64,000 nt of DNA from Dehalococcoidia bacterium (GCA_965203675.1 CBDBDE010000002.1:600990-664989); one strand, 5' to 3'; counted from the first letter of the stretch, positions 9,461-17,937 are shown. Made by a program: numbers and translations. Notes: generated by a model not told the origin, from the letters alone.

Positions 9461-11755
9461 CTATCCCCGCGCTTCCTCTATCGCCTCCATGATGTTGGTT
9501 GGGGAAAGGGGAAGCTTGGTCATGCGGACGCCGGTGGCGTGGGACACCGCGTTGGCTAGGGCCGCCAGCGGCGGAATGATGGGGCCTTCGCCGACTCCGC
9601 GCAGTCCGAAAGGATGGCGGGGGTTGGGCACCTCGATAATCACCGCTTCGATCATGGGAAGGTCCAACGCTGTGGGCATCCGGTAGTCCAGGAAGCTGGA
9701 GTTGGCCATCGTCCCGTCGGGCTGGTAGAAGTATTCCTCGTTCATAGCCCAGCCGATCCCCTGCACCGTCGCACCCTGGATCTGCCCCTCCACGAAGTCG
9801 GGATGGACCGCCTGCCCGGCGTCCAGAAAGGCGGTGTACCGGAGGATCTGCACCTTTCCGGTGTCCGGGTCAACCTCCACGTCCACGATGTTGCCGCCGA
9901 AAATGGGGCCCACGCCGGTGGACGGGGCCGAGGCGGAACAGGTCACCGGCCCGCCGGTTCGCATCAAGCGGGCGGCCAGCTCCTTGAAGGTAAAGCGGTC
10001 CTCGGAGTTCTTGGTGCAGATGAAGTTCCCCTTCTCGAACTCCACGTCCTCGTCCTGCACCTCCCACAGCAGCGCCGCTCGGCCCTTCATCCGCTCGATG
10101 ACCTCCTCGGCGGCGGCGATGGCGGCCAGTCCGGTGTCGAAGGCGGTGCGGCTTCCGCCGGTGTTGGCGGTGTAGCCAACGGCGTCGGTGTCTCCCACCG
10201 AGGGATTGACGTCCTCGGAGTCGATTCCCAGGATCTCGGCGGCCTGCATCGCTACCGCCGTGCGCGTCCCGCCGATGTCCACTGATCCGGTTATCAGGTT
10301 GATGGTTCCGTTGCTGTTCACGTTGATGGTCGCCGACGACATCTGGCCGCCCTGGGCGCGGAAGGACACCGCGACGCCCCGGCCTTGGTTGGGGCCGGTC
10401 AGCGGGGTGTTGTAGTGGGGATGGTTCTTCATCGCCTCTTCCAGCTCAATGCATCCGAAAACGGCGTGGGGGACGCCGTTGGGCATCCGGTCGCCCACCT
10501 CGACCGCGTTCCTCAGGCGCAGGTCCATGGGGTCTATCCCCAGCTTCCCCGCCAGTTCGTCCATGGCGGACTCGACGGCGAAGGCCGCCTGGGGCTGGCC
10601 CGGGGCCCGGTAGGCTTGGGCCTTCTGCTTGTTGCAGACCACGTCGTAGCCGTTTACCAGCATATTCTCGCACTTGTACGACCCGAAGGTCGTCACCGCT
10701 CCGCCGCCCACCGGCGACCCGGGGAAGGCTCCGGCCTCGTAGACCATGTACGCTTCGGCAGCGGTCATGGTGCCGTCGTTCTTTGCTCCCAGCTTGACCC
10801 GGATGAAGGTGGCCGACGCGGGGCCGCTGCCCTCGAAAACCTCTTTCCGGCTCATGGCTATCTTCACCGGGCGGCCCGCCTTCTGGGCCAGCACCGCCGT
10901 CACCGGGGCCAGGTAGGTCACGCCCTTGGCGCCGAACCCGCCGCCGATCTCCATGGGCACCACCTTGCACATGGACTCGGGGATCTGCAGGATGCCGCAG
11001 GTGGTGGCCCGCACTCCGAAGGCTCCCTGCGTACTGGTCCAGATGGTCACCCGCCCGTCGGTGGACCAGGAAGCGGTGGAAACGTGGGGCTCGATATACC
11101 CCTGGTGGACGGTCTGCGTCTCGTACTCGTTCTCGAAGATGACATCCGCTTCCCGGAACCCCTTTTCCACATCCCCCAGCCGGTGCTGCAGGTGTCCGGC
11201 GATATTGCCCTTCTGCCCCGTGTCCTCGCCGGGGCCGGCCCGGTCCATGCGGAAGCGGGTGGTCATGTCCTCGTGGAGCACCGCGGCGTCGTCCGCCATC
11301 GCCTCACGCCATCCCAGGACGGTGGGCAGGACCTCGTAGTCCACCTCGACAAGCTCCAGGGCCTGCTCGGCGACGTGGGGGTTCACCGCCGCCACGGCCG
11401 CCACCGCGTGTCCCTTGTACAGCACCTTCTGGTTAGCCAGGATGTTCTCGGCAATCAGGCGGGGATTGCCCTGGAAGTTCTCGTAGTCCAGCGGACGCGC
11501 CTTGATAACCGGGAAGTCCGCCGACGTAGCCACCGCCAGCACCCCGGGCATGGCCTCCGCCTTGGATGTGTCAATGGCGCGGATGCGGGCATGGGAGTAG
11601 GGGCTGCGCAGGACCTTCCCGTGGAGCATCCCCGGGAGGTTCAGGTCGGCGCCGAACCTGGCCGCTCCGGTAACCTTGTCGTAGGCGTCGTGACGCATGG
11701 GACGGGTTCCCAGTACCCGGTACTCGCCGCTGCTCGGTTGCGCGGTAGTAGTCAT
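9461..11755 (-). CDS. Xanthine dehydrogenase family protein, molybdopterin-binding (large) subunit
   Basis: 'RHDAYDKVTGAARFGADLNLPGMLHGKVLRSPYSHARIRAID' plus an aldehyde oxidase/XDH-type C-terminal region ('GVGEGPIIPPLAALANAV'). Start set at ATG 11755 with a GAAGGAGG RBS. Confidence 0.85.
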   Translation of the reverse strand: MTTTAQPSSGEYRVLGTRPMRHDAYDKVTGAARFGADLNLPGMLHGKVLRSPYSHARIRAIDTSKAEAMPGVLAVATSADFPVIKARPLDYENFQGNPRLIAENILANQKVLYKGHAVAAVAAVNPHVAEQALELVEVDYEVLPTVLGWREAMADDAAVLHEDMTTRFRMDRAGPGEDTGQKGNIAGHLQHRLGDVEKGFREADVIFENEYETQTVHQGYIEPHVSTASWSTDGRVTIWTSTQGAFGVRATTCGILQIPESMCKVVPMEIGGGFGAKGVTYLAPVTAVLAQKAGRPVKIAMSRKEVFEGSGPASATFIRVKLGAKNDGTMTAAEAYMVYEAGAFPGSPVGGGAVTTFGSYKCENMLVNGYDVVCNKQKAQAYRAPGQPQAAFAVESAMDELAGKLGIDPMDLRLRNAVEVGDRMPNGVPHAVFGCIELEEAMKNHPHYNTPLTGPNQGRGVAVSFRAQGGQMSSATINVNSNGTINLITGSVDIGGTRTAVAMQAAEILGIDSEDVNPSVGDTDAVGYTANTGGSRTAFDTGLAAIAAAEEVIERMKGRAALLWEVQDEDVEFEKGNFICTKNSEDRFTFKELAARLMRTGGPVTCSASAPSTGVGPIFGGNIVDVEVDPDTGKVQILRYTAFLDAGQAVHPDFVEGQIQGATVQGIGWAMNEEYFYQPDGTMANSSFLDYRMPTALDLPMIEAVIIEVPNPRHPFGLRGVGEGPIIPPLAALANAVSHATGVRMTKLPLSPTNIMEAIEEARG

Positions 11756-11800
11756 CGAATGGCCCTCCTTCAATACGCGTAAGGTACGCAAAAATAAGTG

Positions 11801-11826
11801 GGAAAAGGCCGGAACAAGCCCCGGCC
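11801..11826 (-). terminator. Candidate rho-independent terminator after the PIN gene
   Basis: The minus strand reads GGCCGG-GGCTTGTT-CCGGCC-TTTTCC. A second 8-bp hairpin (ggttgccg/cggcaacc) lies at about 11828-11855. Confidence 0.5.
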
Positions 11827-11890
11827 CGGTTGCCGTGTACGCTATACCGGCAACCCGGCGGCGTCAAGTGCGGTATGGCTTTGGCAACCG

Positions 11891-12367
11891 TTACAGCAAC
11901 CCCAACGCCCCTTCCGGTGGGACTACGAAGAGGTTGTATTCCGACCGAATCCCGGAGGACTCCAAATCCTTGCGAAGCGGCGTATCTGTTGTTACAAGGA
12001 TCGCCCCTGTTTCCACCGCTAACCTGACGAGATACGTGTCGTCTTGGCTTCCTGAAGGGATATCCAGTTCTTCGTCAAATGGGGAAGAGGTATGCCCGAG
12101 TCCAACGATCTTTCCGTCGATTTGGAGCGCGTTCAGAAATGCCCTCAAGAGAGAAGGTCCTGGTTGCGGATAATAATGCTCCGGGCGATTTAGTTGGGCA
12201 AACATTTTGTCCCATAGGACATCATCCACCACTATCGTGTGGCAAATCTCGATTATCTGTTGGATTAGGTCAGCGCAAACAGGGCTGGGGTTTCCGTGCT
12301 CATCCAATCCTTGTTGCGCCAGGATGACCACGTTTTCGTCCAGGATGAAGCGGGGAGCGGGAGTCAT
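11891..12367 (-). CDS. PIN-domain-like nuclease (putative effector/toxin)
   Basis: 158 aa. N-terminal 'RFILDENVVILAQ' (first acidic residue), 'IQQIIEICH' (E), 'QDDTYLVRLAVETGAILVTTDTPL' (third and fourth acidic residues in the typical '..A.A...ga.LvT.D' context). Its ATG overlaps the ATPase stop (ATGA). Sampled lines are low GC (about 45-50%). Confidence 0.65.
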   Translation of the reverse strand: MTPAPRFILDENVVILAQQGLDEHGNPSPVCADLIQQIIEICHTIVVDDVLWDKMFAQLNRPEHYYPQPGPSLLRAFLNALQIDGKIVGLGHTSSPFDEELDIPSGSQDDTYLVRLAVETGAILVTTDTPLRKDLESSGIRSEYNLFVVPPEGALGLL

Positions 12368-13605
12368 GCCTTGGCGCGCAGGGCGTCGACATACCTCCGC
12401 ATCTCATCCAGGTCTGTTTCGAAGAAGCTCTTCAACCCTCCGGTAACCTGTCCCCGCTCGTTCACCTCGATCTCGCTGGCCGAGCAAACTCCCTCGTCGT
12501 CTTTCTCGAAGGAGTATATTGCCAGTTCGTCGGAGGACAGCTTCCCCTCCGCCACCGAGGTCAGAAGCCTCCCCACGATGTGTTCGCTATGGGTTGTCAT
12601 GATCAGTTGTTTTTCATCGGCCTTGGCCTGCTCCACCAGCACCGATGCCAGATCCGCCTGTGCTTTCGGATGCAAATGAATCTCCGGTTCCTCAATCAAC
12701 ACCGTCGCCCCCGGCACGGCCCTCACTGCCTCAAACAAAAGGTGAACCAGAGCGTTAGTTCCGAACCCTTCCATTGACAAACTGAAGTCACCCAATTTCG
12801 ATTCGGAGACCGGCTTTGCAGATTGCGGCGGAACTGTATCCGTTCTGAACCCGACTCCGGTCACCCTCTTCATTAAACGAGAAACCTTCTCAACATCGCG
12901 GCGGGAATATGCCAGCGTCGTGGCGGTCTTATCTTCCTGCGATCCTAACCCCTTGGCCCCAGATATATCCGTTGTAGCTTCAATCCCTAATGGGTAGACT
13001 CCACGGGTCAACCCCCTGCCAACTGGAACCGTTTTCATGTTGGACAAAAATCGTGTTGGCGCATTGGAAAGTTGATCCCAAATTGGTTGGTTTGGATTTT
13101 CACCTCCCGATCCATAACTAACCCTGAATCTATTGATTCCTCGCAATACCTCGTATCCAATTGAACCGTTTGGCGTTCTCGCTTCAAGGTTTCTACGATT
13201 CCGGGAGAACCGAATTTGGTGTTGTTGATCAGTGGTTTCCCATGTTGTGGATCCACGATCTTCCAGAAGGTCTGCCTTGCCAGAATACTCCAGGTTCACC
13301 TCAAATTTTATTGGTTTTTCGAGAACTTCCGTATCTGGAGAGAAGTATCCTGCGAACGACAACTTTGATTTGTCTTTGGCAGGGTTAATTGCACGAAAAG
13401 CAAGTGCTTCCGAATCGAAGGTTACCAACTCCCCTTCCAACCGCAACGGGTCAACGTCGTCCCTAGACTGCTTCAGTAACAACAACGCCTGCAAGACGCC
13501 AGACTTCCCGGTGCCGTTCGGGCCGATGAACACCGTAATCAGCTTGGGGTCGATGCTGACATGGCGGAAGCACTTGAAATTTTCCAGGGTGATGTTCGTT
13601 ATCAT
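12364..13605 (-). CDS. ABC/SMC-like AAA ATPase (AAA_15/AAA_21 type; C-terminus possibly DUF3696-like)
   Basis: 'MITNITLENFKCFRHVSIDPKLITVFIGPNGTGKSGVLQALLLLKQS' (Walker A), 'MEGFGTNALVHLL' (signature-like), 'ATVLIEEPEIHLHPKAQ' (Walker B/D-loop), 'IMTTHSEHIV' (H-loop). Start trimmed to ATG 13605 (GGAGAGG RBS). The 513-aa track ORF runs into the upstream gene. Confidence 0.8.
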   Translation of the reverse strand: MITNITLENFKCFRHVSIDPKLITVFIGPNGTGKSGVLQALLLLKQSRDDVDPLRLEGELVTFDSEALAFRAINPAKDKSKLSFAGYFSPDTEVLEKPIKFEVNLEYSGKADLLEDRGSTTWETTDQQHQIRFSRNRRNLEARTPNGSIGYEVLRGINRFRVSYGSGGENPNQPIWDQLSNAPTRFLSNMKTVPVGRGLTRGVYPLGIEATTDISGAKGLGSQEDKTATTLAYSRRDVEKVSRLMKRVTGVGFRTDTVPPQSAKPVSESKLGDFSLSMEGFGTNALVHLLFEAVRAVPGATVLIEEPEIHLHPKAQADLASVLVEQAKADEKQLIMTTHSEHIVGRLLTSVAEGKLSSDELAIYSFEKDDEGVCSASEIEVNERGQVTGGLKSFFETDLDEMRRYVDALRAKA

Positions 13606-13639
13606 GGCGACTGTCCTCTCCGCCAATTGTACACCAGGC

Positions 13640-14704
13640 CTACTCCACCAACTCCACCGCCCTCTGCGTCGCCGACCAGGGCAGCAGCCACGAGGAGTGC
13701 CGTCCGTCGCCGCCGGCCACCACGATGACGAACTTGTCCGGGTCCGTCGCCATGGGGATGAGAAAATCGTCGTCCTGAGTCTCCCACTCTTCTGGCCAGG
13801 CCCGCTCTCCGTAATGGCCCCGCCCCCGCAGTTGGCCCAAAGGCAAGCGGGCGTTTTCAAAGATGTACTGCTTGAGGCTGGAGCGGGTGTAACCCGCGGC
13901 GGCAATTTCGGCGGCGTGTTCCGGTCCGAGGACCAGGATGGGGGATGATCCCCGTCCCTGGTAGTGGTAGGCCGAAATGCCGACCGACCTCACCGAGTTG
14001 ACCAGAGTCTCCAGTACCCCTTGTCCGGTCTCCTGGGTGGCCTCGACAAAGGAGTAGATGCCCCGAACGGCGGACACTGTCACCGTGCTCTGCGAAGGTT
14101 CGTATCCTTGCTCAACGTGGAGCGGCTCCCAGGGATTGGCCTCCTGGTTTTCCGAGAAACAGAGGGTGTACTTGCCCGGCCAGCCCTGGGTGGACTTCTC
14201 CATCGTACGCACCGTTGCCCCGCCCATGTTCCGCATCGTCAGTCTGAGCGCGCGCCCGATGGTGGCGTTGGCTTGGTAGCCGGACCCGAAAACCGCCGTC
14301 CCCCCGTGGATGCCCAGCCGGTCCGCCGCCGGCCCGCTCACGATCACAGCCGGAGCCGCCCCGCCGGTGGTCGTGGTGATCGAGCCCACGTTGAACTGGG
14401 GCTGCATCACCGCGCGCACCGCCGCCAGGACCACCGGCATGTAGTCTGGAATGCAGCCAGCCATTACTGCATTGATGGCAACCTTTTCCGCCGTCACCGT
14501 CCCGTTGGCCGGCGGCATCCGCCCCAAGCTGTGCTCGGCGGACACCGGACAGGCTTCCAGCATGTCCAGCACCAGGTCCTCGGTGGGCGGGATGATGGGC
14601 AACCCATCTGTCCAGCCCTGTTCATAGAAGTGCTGGTTAATGTCGATGATGGAGCCGGAAACTTCCAGCTTGCTGGCCCGCGGGGCTGCGCTCTCCGAAC
14701 TCAA
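13640..14704 (-). CDS. Conserved hypothetical protein co-oriented with the UGSC selenoprotein gene
   Basis: 354-aa ORF with high GC3 and coherent sequence ('GWTDGLPIIPPTEDLVLDML', 'INAVMAGCIPDYMPVVLAAV', 'GSITTTTGGAAPAVIVSGP'). I recognise no family. TTG start at 14704 is uncertain. Confidence 0.6.
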   Translation of the reverse strand: MSSESAAPRASKLEVSGSIIDINQHFYEQGWTDGLPIIPPTEDLVLDMLEACPVSAEHSLGRMPPANGTVTAEKVAINAVMAGCIPDYMPVVLAAVRAVMQPQFNVGSITTTTGGAAPAVIVSGPAADRLGIHGGTAVFGSGYQANATIGRALRLTMRNMGGATVRTMEKSTQGWPGKYTLCFSENQEANPWEPLHVEQGYEPSQSTVTVSAVRGIYSFVEATQETGQGVLETLVNSVRSVGISAYHYQGRGSSPILVLGPEHAAEIAAAGYTRSSLKQYIFENARLPLGQLRGRGHYGERAWPEEWETQDDDFLIPMATDPDKFVIVVAGGDGRHSSWLLPWSATQRAVELVE

Positions 14705-14814
14705 ACCTTACCCCCGTATTCCCTTGTAACCCGCATTCCCTGGTAAACGGATAAACGGGCCGGAGGCAGCAAGTCCGTCCGGCCCGTCTTGTTCCATCCA
14801 TCAATGGTCCTTGA

Positions 14815-15354
14815 TCAGCGGATCAGCCCCTCGGCTATCTCCCCCGCCCGGTCCCGCGCCGTGGCCTGTATCTGGCCCCGGGTCTTGCTGGCGATGGGAT
14901 GCTCAATTACCACCACCGGATGGTCCGTCATCCCCAGCGTCCGCGCGCGGATTTCCGCCGAGCGGACAAACGCCTGGGTGATTACCGTCACCGCCGGGCG
15001 GCCCCGCTTTTCCGACTCTACCCCGTCGTGGAGACCCCACGTCGTGCAGGACCCTCAATCCGCAACGGCATGGATGATTGCGTCGCACTTGGCGGCCATT
15101 TCATCCAGCACCGAGGGTGGAGTGGGCATGCTCTGGCTGATCTTGCGGTAGGCCATGACCTCGGCCACGCCGTACTGCTCTTGCAGCACCCGGCCCAACT
15201 CTTCAAGGAACACGTCGGAGTTCTTCTTCCGGTTGTCGATCAACCCTATCTTCATCCCCTCCAGCCCGGACAGGCGGCTGGCGACGCCGTGGGTTTCGGC
15301 AACGTCCTCCGCCGCCGGATGCAGCAGCGCGTTCATCTGGGCAGCAGCCATCAT
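14815..15354 (-). CDS. UGSC-family selenoprotein (in-frame UGA read as selenocysteine at codon 100)
   Basis: The track ORF 15055-15354 stops at TGA (15055-15057). The same frame stays open for 79 more codons to TGA 14815-14817. I checked this codon by codon. The junction reads '...IIHAVAD-U-GSCTTWGLHDG...RPAVTVITQAFVRSAEIRARTLGMTDHPVVVIEHPIAS...'. AGGAGG RBS before ATG 15354. Confidence 0.75.
15022..15046 (-). promoter_or_regulatory. Candidate bacterial SECIS hairpin
   Basis: The mRNA after UGA is GGGUCCUG-CACGACGUGG-GGUCU-CCACGACGGG. The apical stem CGUGG/CCACG carries a GGUCU loop (compare the GGUC-containing loop of E. coli fdhF SECIS). It starts about 13 nt after UGA and the lower stem is imperfect. 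Confidence 0.45.
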
Positions 15355-15846
15355 CGTTCCTCCTGTGCTCCTTCCGCCGGAGCGGTCGTCCCTGCGATCT
15401 GAGCCGAGTGTATTGGCCGGGTGGAGGGGCAGTCAAGCGGCCCGCCGTTGCGGTGAAGCCGGAAAAAGGCTAAATGTGTGTCATAAGTGCCATTGGAGCG
15501 ATATTGAGCACGAAAATAGGGGGTTTGATGGCTCGCGGCGTGTCGCCAAGGGTCTTTGTTGTGCCATGGTCGCCGCATAATTGTGTCATTTTGTAGCAAA
15601 TTGTCGCATGAATGTCGCATCCTTCTCTGCAACTTCTGGAAGGGGCGACGGCATGAGGGGATCCGGTTGGAATATCACGTTCTAATGATACGTGGTAAGC
15701 CGGGAACTGGTAAGGGGCCGAGTGTCAGCCGCCGCCCTTGCACCCGACAACCCGGTGACAATTCCCGCCCGCCAATTGGGAAATTCGGCAGGCGGATAAT
15801 ATACTGTCACCAGCTTCCCTTGACTAAACCCAGCGGGGAGGACGAG

Positions 15847-16548
15847 GTGCCCAACGAAAGCGTACTGGTCATCGAGGACGAGGAGAACCTGGTCGAGGCG
15901 TTGCGGTACAACCTGGAGCGGGAGGGTTACCAGGTGGAAGCCTGTCTCGATGGGGCGGAAGGGCTGGACTCGGCCCGCCTTTCCCCTCCCGACCTCATTA
16001 TCCTGGATGTGATGCTGCCCGGTCTGGACGGCTTTGAAATCTGCCGCATCCTCCGCCGCGAGTCCGACGTCCCCATTCTCTTCCTGACCGCCCGGGGTGA
16101 GGAGATAGACAAGGTGGTGGGGTTGGAACTGGGAGCCGACGACTACGTCACCAAGCCCTTCAGCGTCCGCGAGGTGGTGGCCCGGGTCAAGGGAATGCTT
16201 CGCCGGTCCCGGGCCGCCGCCAGGGAGGGCGCCGCCGAGCCGGCCCGCCGCGTAATCCGGGCCGGCGACCTGGAGCTGGACTTGGACGGCCATTCCGCCA
16301 CTCTTCAGGGTGAGCCCTTGGGCCTGAAGCCGAGGGAGTTCGACCTGCTGGCCATGCTTGCCTCCAACCGGGGCCGCGCTCTCACCCGCGACCAGATGCT
16401 GGAACAAGTCTGGGGCCACGACTACTATGGCGACACCCGCACCGTGGATGTCCACATCCGCTGGCTTCGGGAAAAGATCCAGCATTACCCCCAGGCCCCC
16501 CAGCGCATCATCACCATTCGGGGAGTGGGCTACCGCTTCGAGGCCTAG
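15847..16548 (+). CDS. OmpR/PhoB-family response regulator
   Basis: 'VLVIEDEENLVEALRYNLEREGYQVE...DLIILDVMLPGLDGFEICRILR...DDYVTKPFSVREVVARV' receiver domain plus winged-helix domain ('TRTVDVHIRWLREKI...IITIRGVGYRF'). GTG start 15847 after GGGGAGGA. The longer track ORF is an upstream extension. Confidence 0.9.
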   Translation: MPNESVLVIEDEENLVEALRYNLEREGYQVEACLDGAEGLDSARLSPPDLIILDVMLPGLDGFEICRILRRESDVPILFLTARGEEIDKVVGLELGADDYVTKPFSVREVVARVKGMLRRSRAAAREGAAEPARRVIRAGDLELDLDGHSATLQGEPLGLKPREFDLLAMLASNRGRALTRDQMLEQVWGHDYYGDTRTVDVHIRWLREKIQHYPQAPQRIITIRGVGYRFEA

Positions 16549-16584
16549 CCCATCCCTCTAAACAGCAGCCGGACCGGCGTCAAC

Positions 16585-17856
16585 GTGGAAATCCTCGGCT
16601 TCGCTGCGGGCGTCATCGGATTGGCCCTCGCTGCCCTCGTCTTCCTCGTCTGTCGCGGCGCAGTCAGGGAACGCCGCTCCAACCGGGCCGTCCTGGAGGC
16701 TTCCCGGCGCTTGTCCCGGGGCGAACTCGACTTTCGGATACTCGGCCAATGGGACGGACCGGCGGGCCAACTCCCTGAAGCCTTCAACACCATGGCCCAG
16801 CGGCTGGAAGACGCCCACCGGGCCCTTTCTGCCGAGCGGGACAAGCTGTCCCGGGTGGTGGCCTCCATGGCCGAGGGGGTGGTGGTCATTGACGCGGCCG
16901 GGCGGATCGTCATCTCGAACCCGGCGGCATCGGCCGCTCTTGGATTGCGGCCCGGCCAGCTTCTTGGGCGGGACTTCTCCGAAGCGGTCCCTGAACACCG
17001 CCTGCAGGAGATCGTTGCTCACTGTGCGGCCGGCGGTGAGGTACAGGCCGCCCGAATCGAACTTCAGCGGCCCCGCAAAGCGCTGAACGTAGCGGCCATA
17101 CCCCTGTCCGAACCCCCGTCCGCTGATATCCTTCTCACCATCCACGACTCTACGGAGGTGGTGCAAGCCGAGACCAGCCGGCGGGAATTCGTCAGCAACG
17201 TCTCTCACGAACTCCGCAATCCCCTGGCCGCCATCCGGGCGATGGTCGAAACCCTGGAAACCGGCGAGGTGGACGACCGGGAGGTCGTGCGAAACTTCCT
17301 GGAGCGCATCAGCCGGGACGTGGACCGGATGTCCACCCTGGTGGACGACCTGTTGGAACTCTCCCGTCTGGAGAGCGGTCAGATCCCCCTCCAGTTGGCG
17401 GAAGTATCCCCGGCCACCCTGCTGCGGGACGCATCGGCCCGGTTTGAACCGCTGGCCAGGGAACGGGACATTACCCTGACCCTCGCTCCTCCTCCGCCCC
17501 TGCCCTCCCTGAACGCCGACCCGGACCGGCTAAATCAGGTGCTGATCAACCTGTTGGAAAACGCCCTGCGGTTCACCCCGCCCGGCGGCCGCATCACCCT
17601 GTCAGTGTCAGAAGCCGATAACTTGGTGGAATTCCGGGTCGAGGACAGCGGGGTTGGCATCGCCCGCGAACACCTGCCCCACCTCTTTGAACGGTTCTAC
17701 AAGGTGGACCGCTCCCGCCGGGACACCGGCACCGGGCTGGGACTGGCCATCGTGCGCCAGATCGTCGAGGCCCACGATGGCGCCGTGTCCGTCACCAGCG
17801 ATGAGGGCGTCGGCAGCGTGTTCTCCTTCGTTCTTCCGTCAGCCCGGCTTCCCTGA
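16585..17856 (+). CDS. PhoR-like sensor histidine kinase
   Basis: N-terminal TM, HAMP/PAS-like region, H-box 'FVSNVSHELRNPL', and HATPase_c N/G boxes ('LINLLENALRFTP', 'DSGVGI', 'GTGLGLAIV'). Adjacent to the response regulator and the pst operon. Confidence 0.85.
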   Translation: MEILGFAAGVIGLALAALVFLVCRGAVRERRSNRAVLEASRRLSRGELDFRILGQWDGPAGQLPEAFNTMAQRLEDAHRALSAERDKLSRVVASMAEGVVVIDAAGRIVISNPAASAALGLRPGQLLGRDFSEAVPEHRLQEIVAHCAAGGEVQAARIELQRPRKALNVAAIPLSEPPSADILLTIHDSTEVVQAETSRREFVSNVSHELRNPLAAIRAMVETLETGEVDDREVVRNFLERISRDVDRMSTLVDDLLELSRLESGQIPLQLAEVSPATLLRDASARFEPLARERDITLTLAPPPPLPSLNADPDRLNQVLINLLENALRFTPPGGRITLSVSEADNLVEFRVEDSGVGIAREHLPHLFERFYKVDRSRRDTGTGLGLAIVRQIVEAHDGAVSVTSDEGVGSVFSFVLPSARLP

Positions 17857-17937
17857 ACTGCCCCGGGGCGTCCCGGGAATGTACTGTTTCCGTCATCCGG
17901 TGAACGTCCCGAGTCTCAGGCCATCCGATGTGGTCCG

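Noticed and set aside
13606-13905. N-terminal 100-aa extension of the ATPase ORF in the track (513 aa).
   Set aside because: The extension overlaps the 3' end of the 13640-14704 gene and is Pro/Arg/Trp-rich. The conserved 'ITLENFKCF...GPNGTGKS' N-terminus begins at ATG 13605, which has its own GGAGAGG RBS.
15556-15846. Upstream extension of the response-regulator ORF. Similar extensions occur on the pstC, pstA, HpaB, PrpD-like, XDH and DUF1501-B ORFs.
   Set aside because: In each case the family-typical N-terminus starts at an internal ATG or GTG preceded by a Shine-Dalgarno sequence. The extensions are AT-rich or low-complexity and have no homology-like features.
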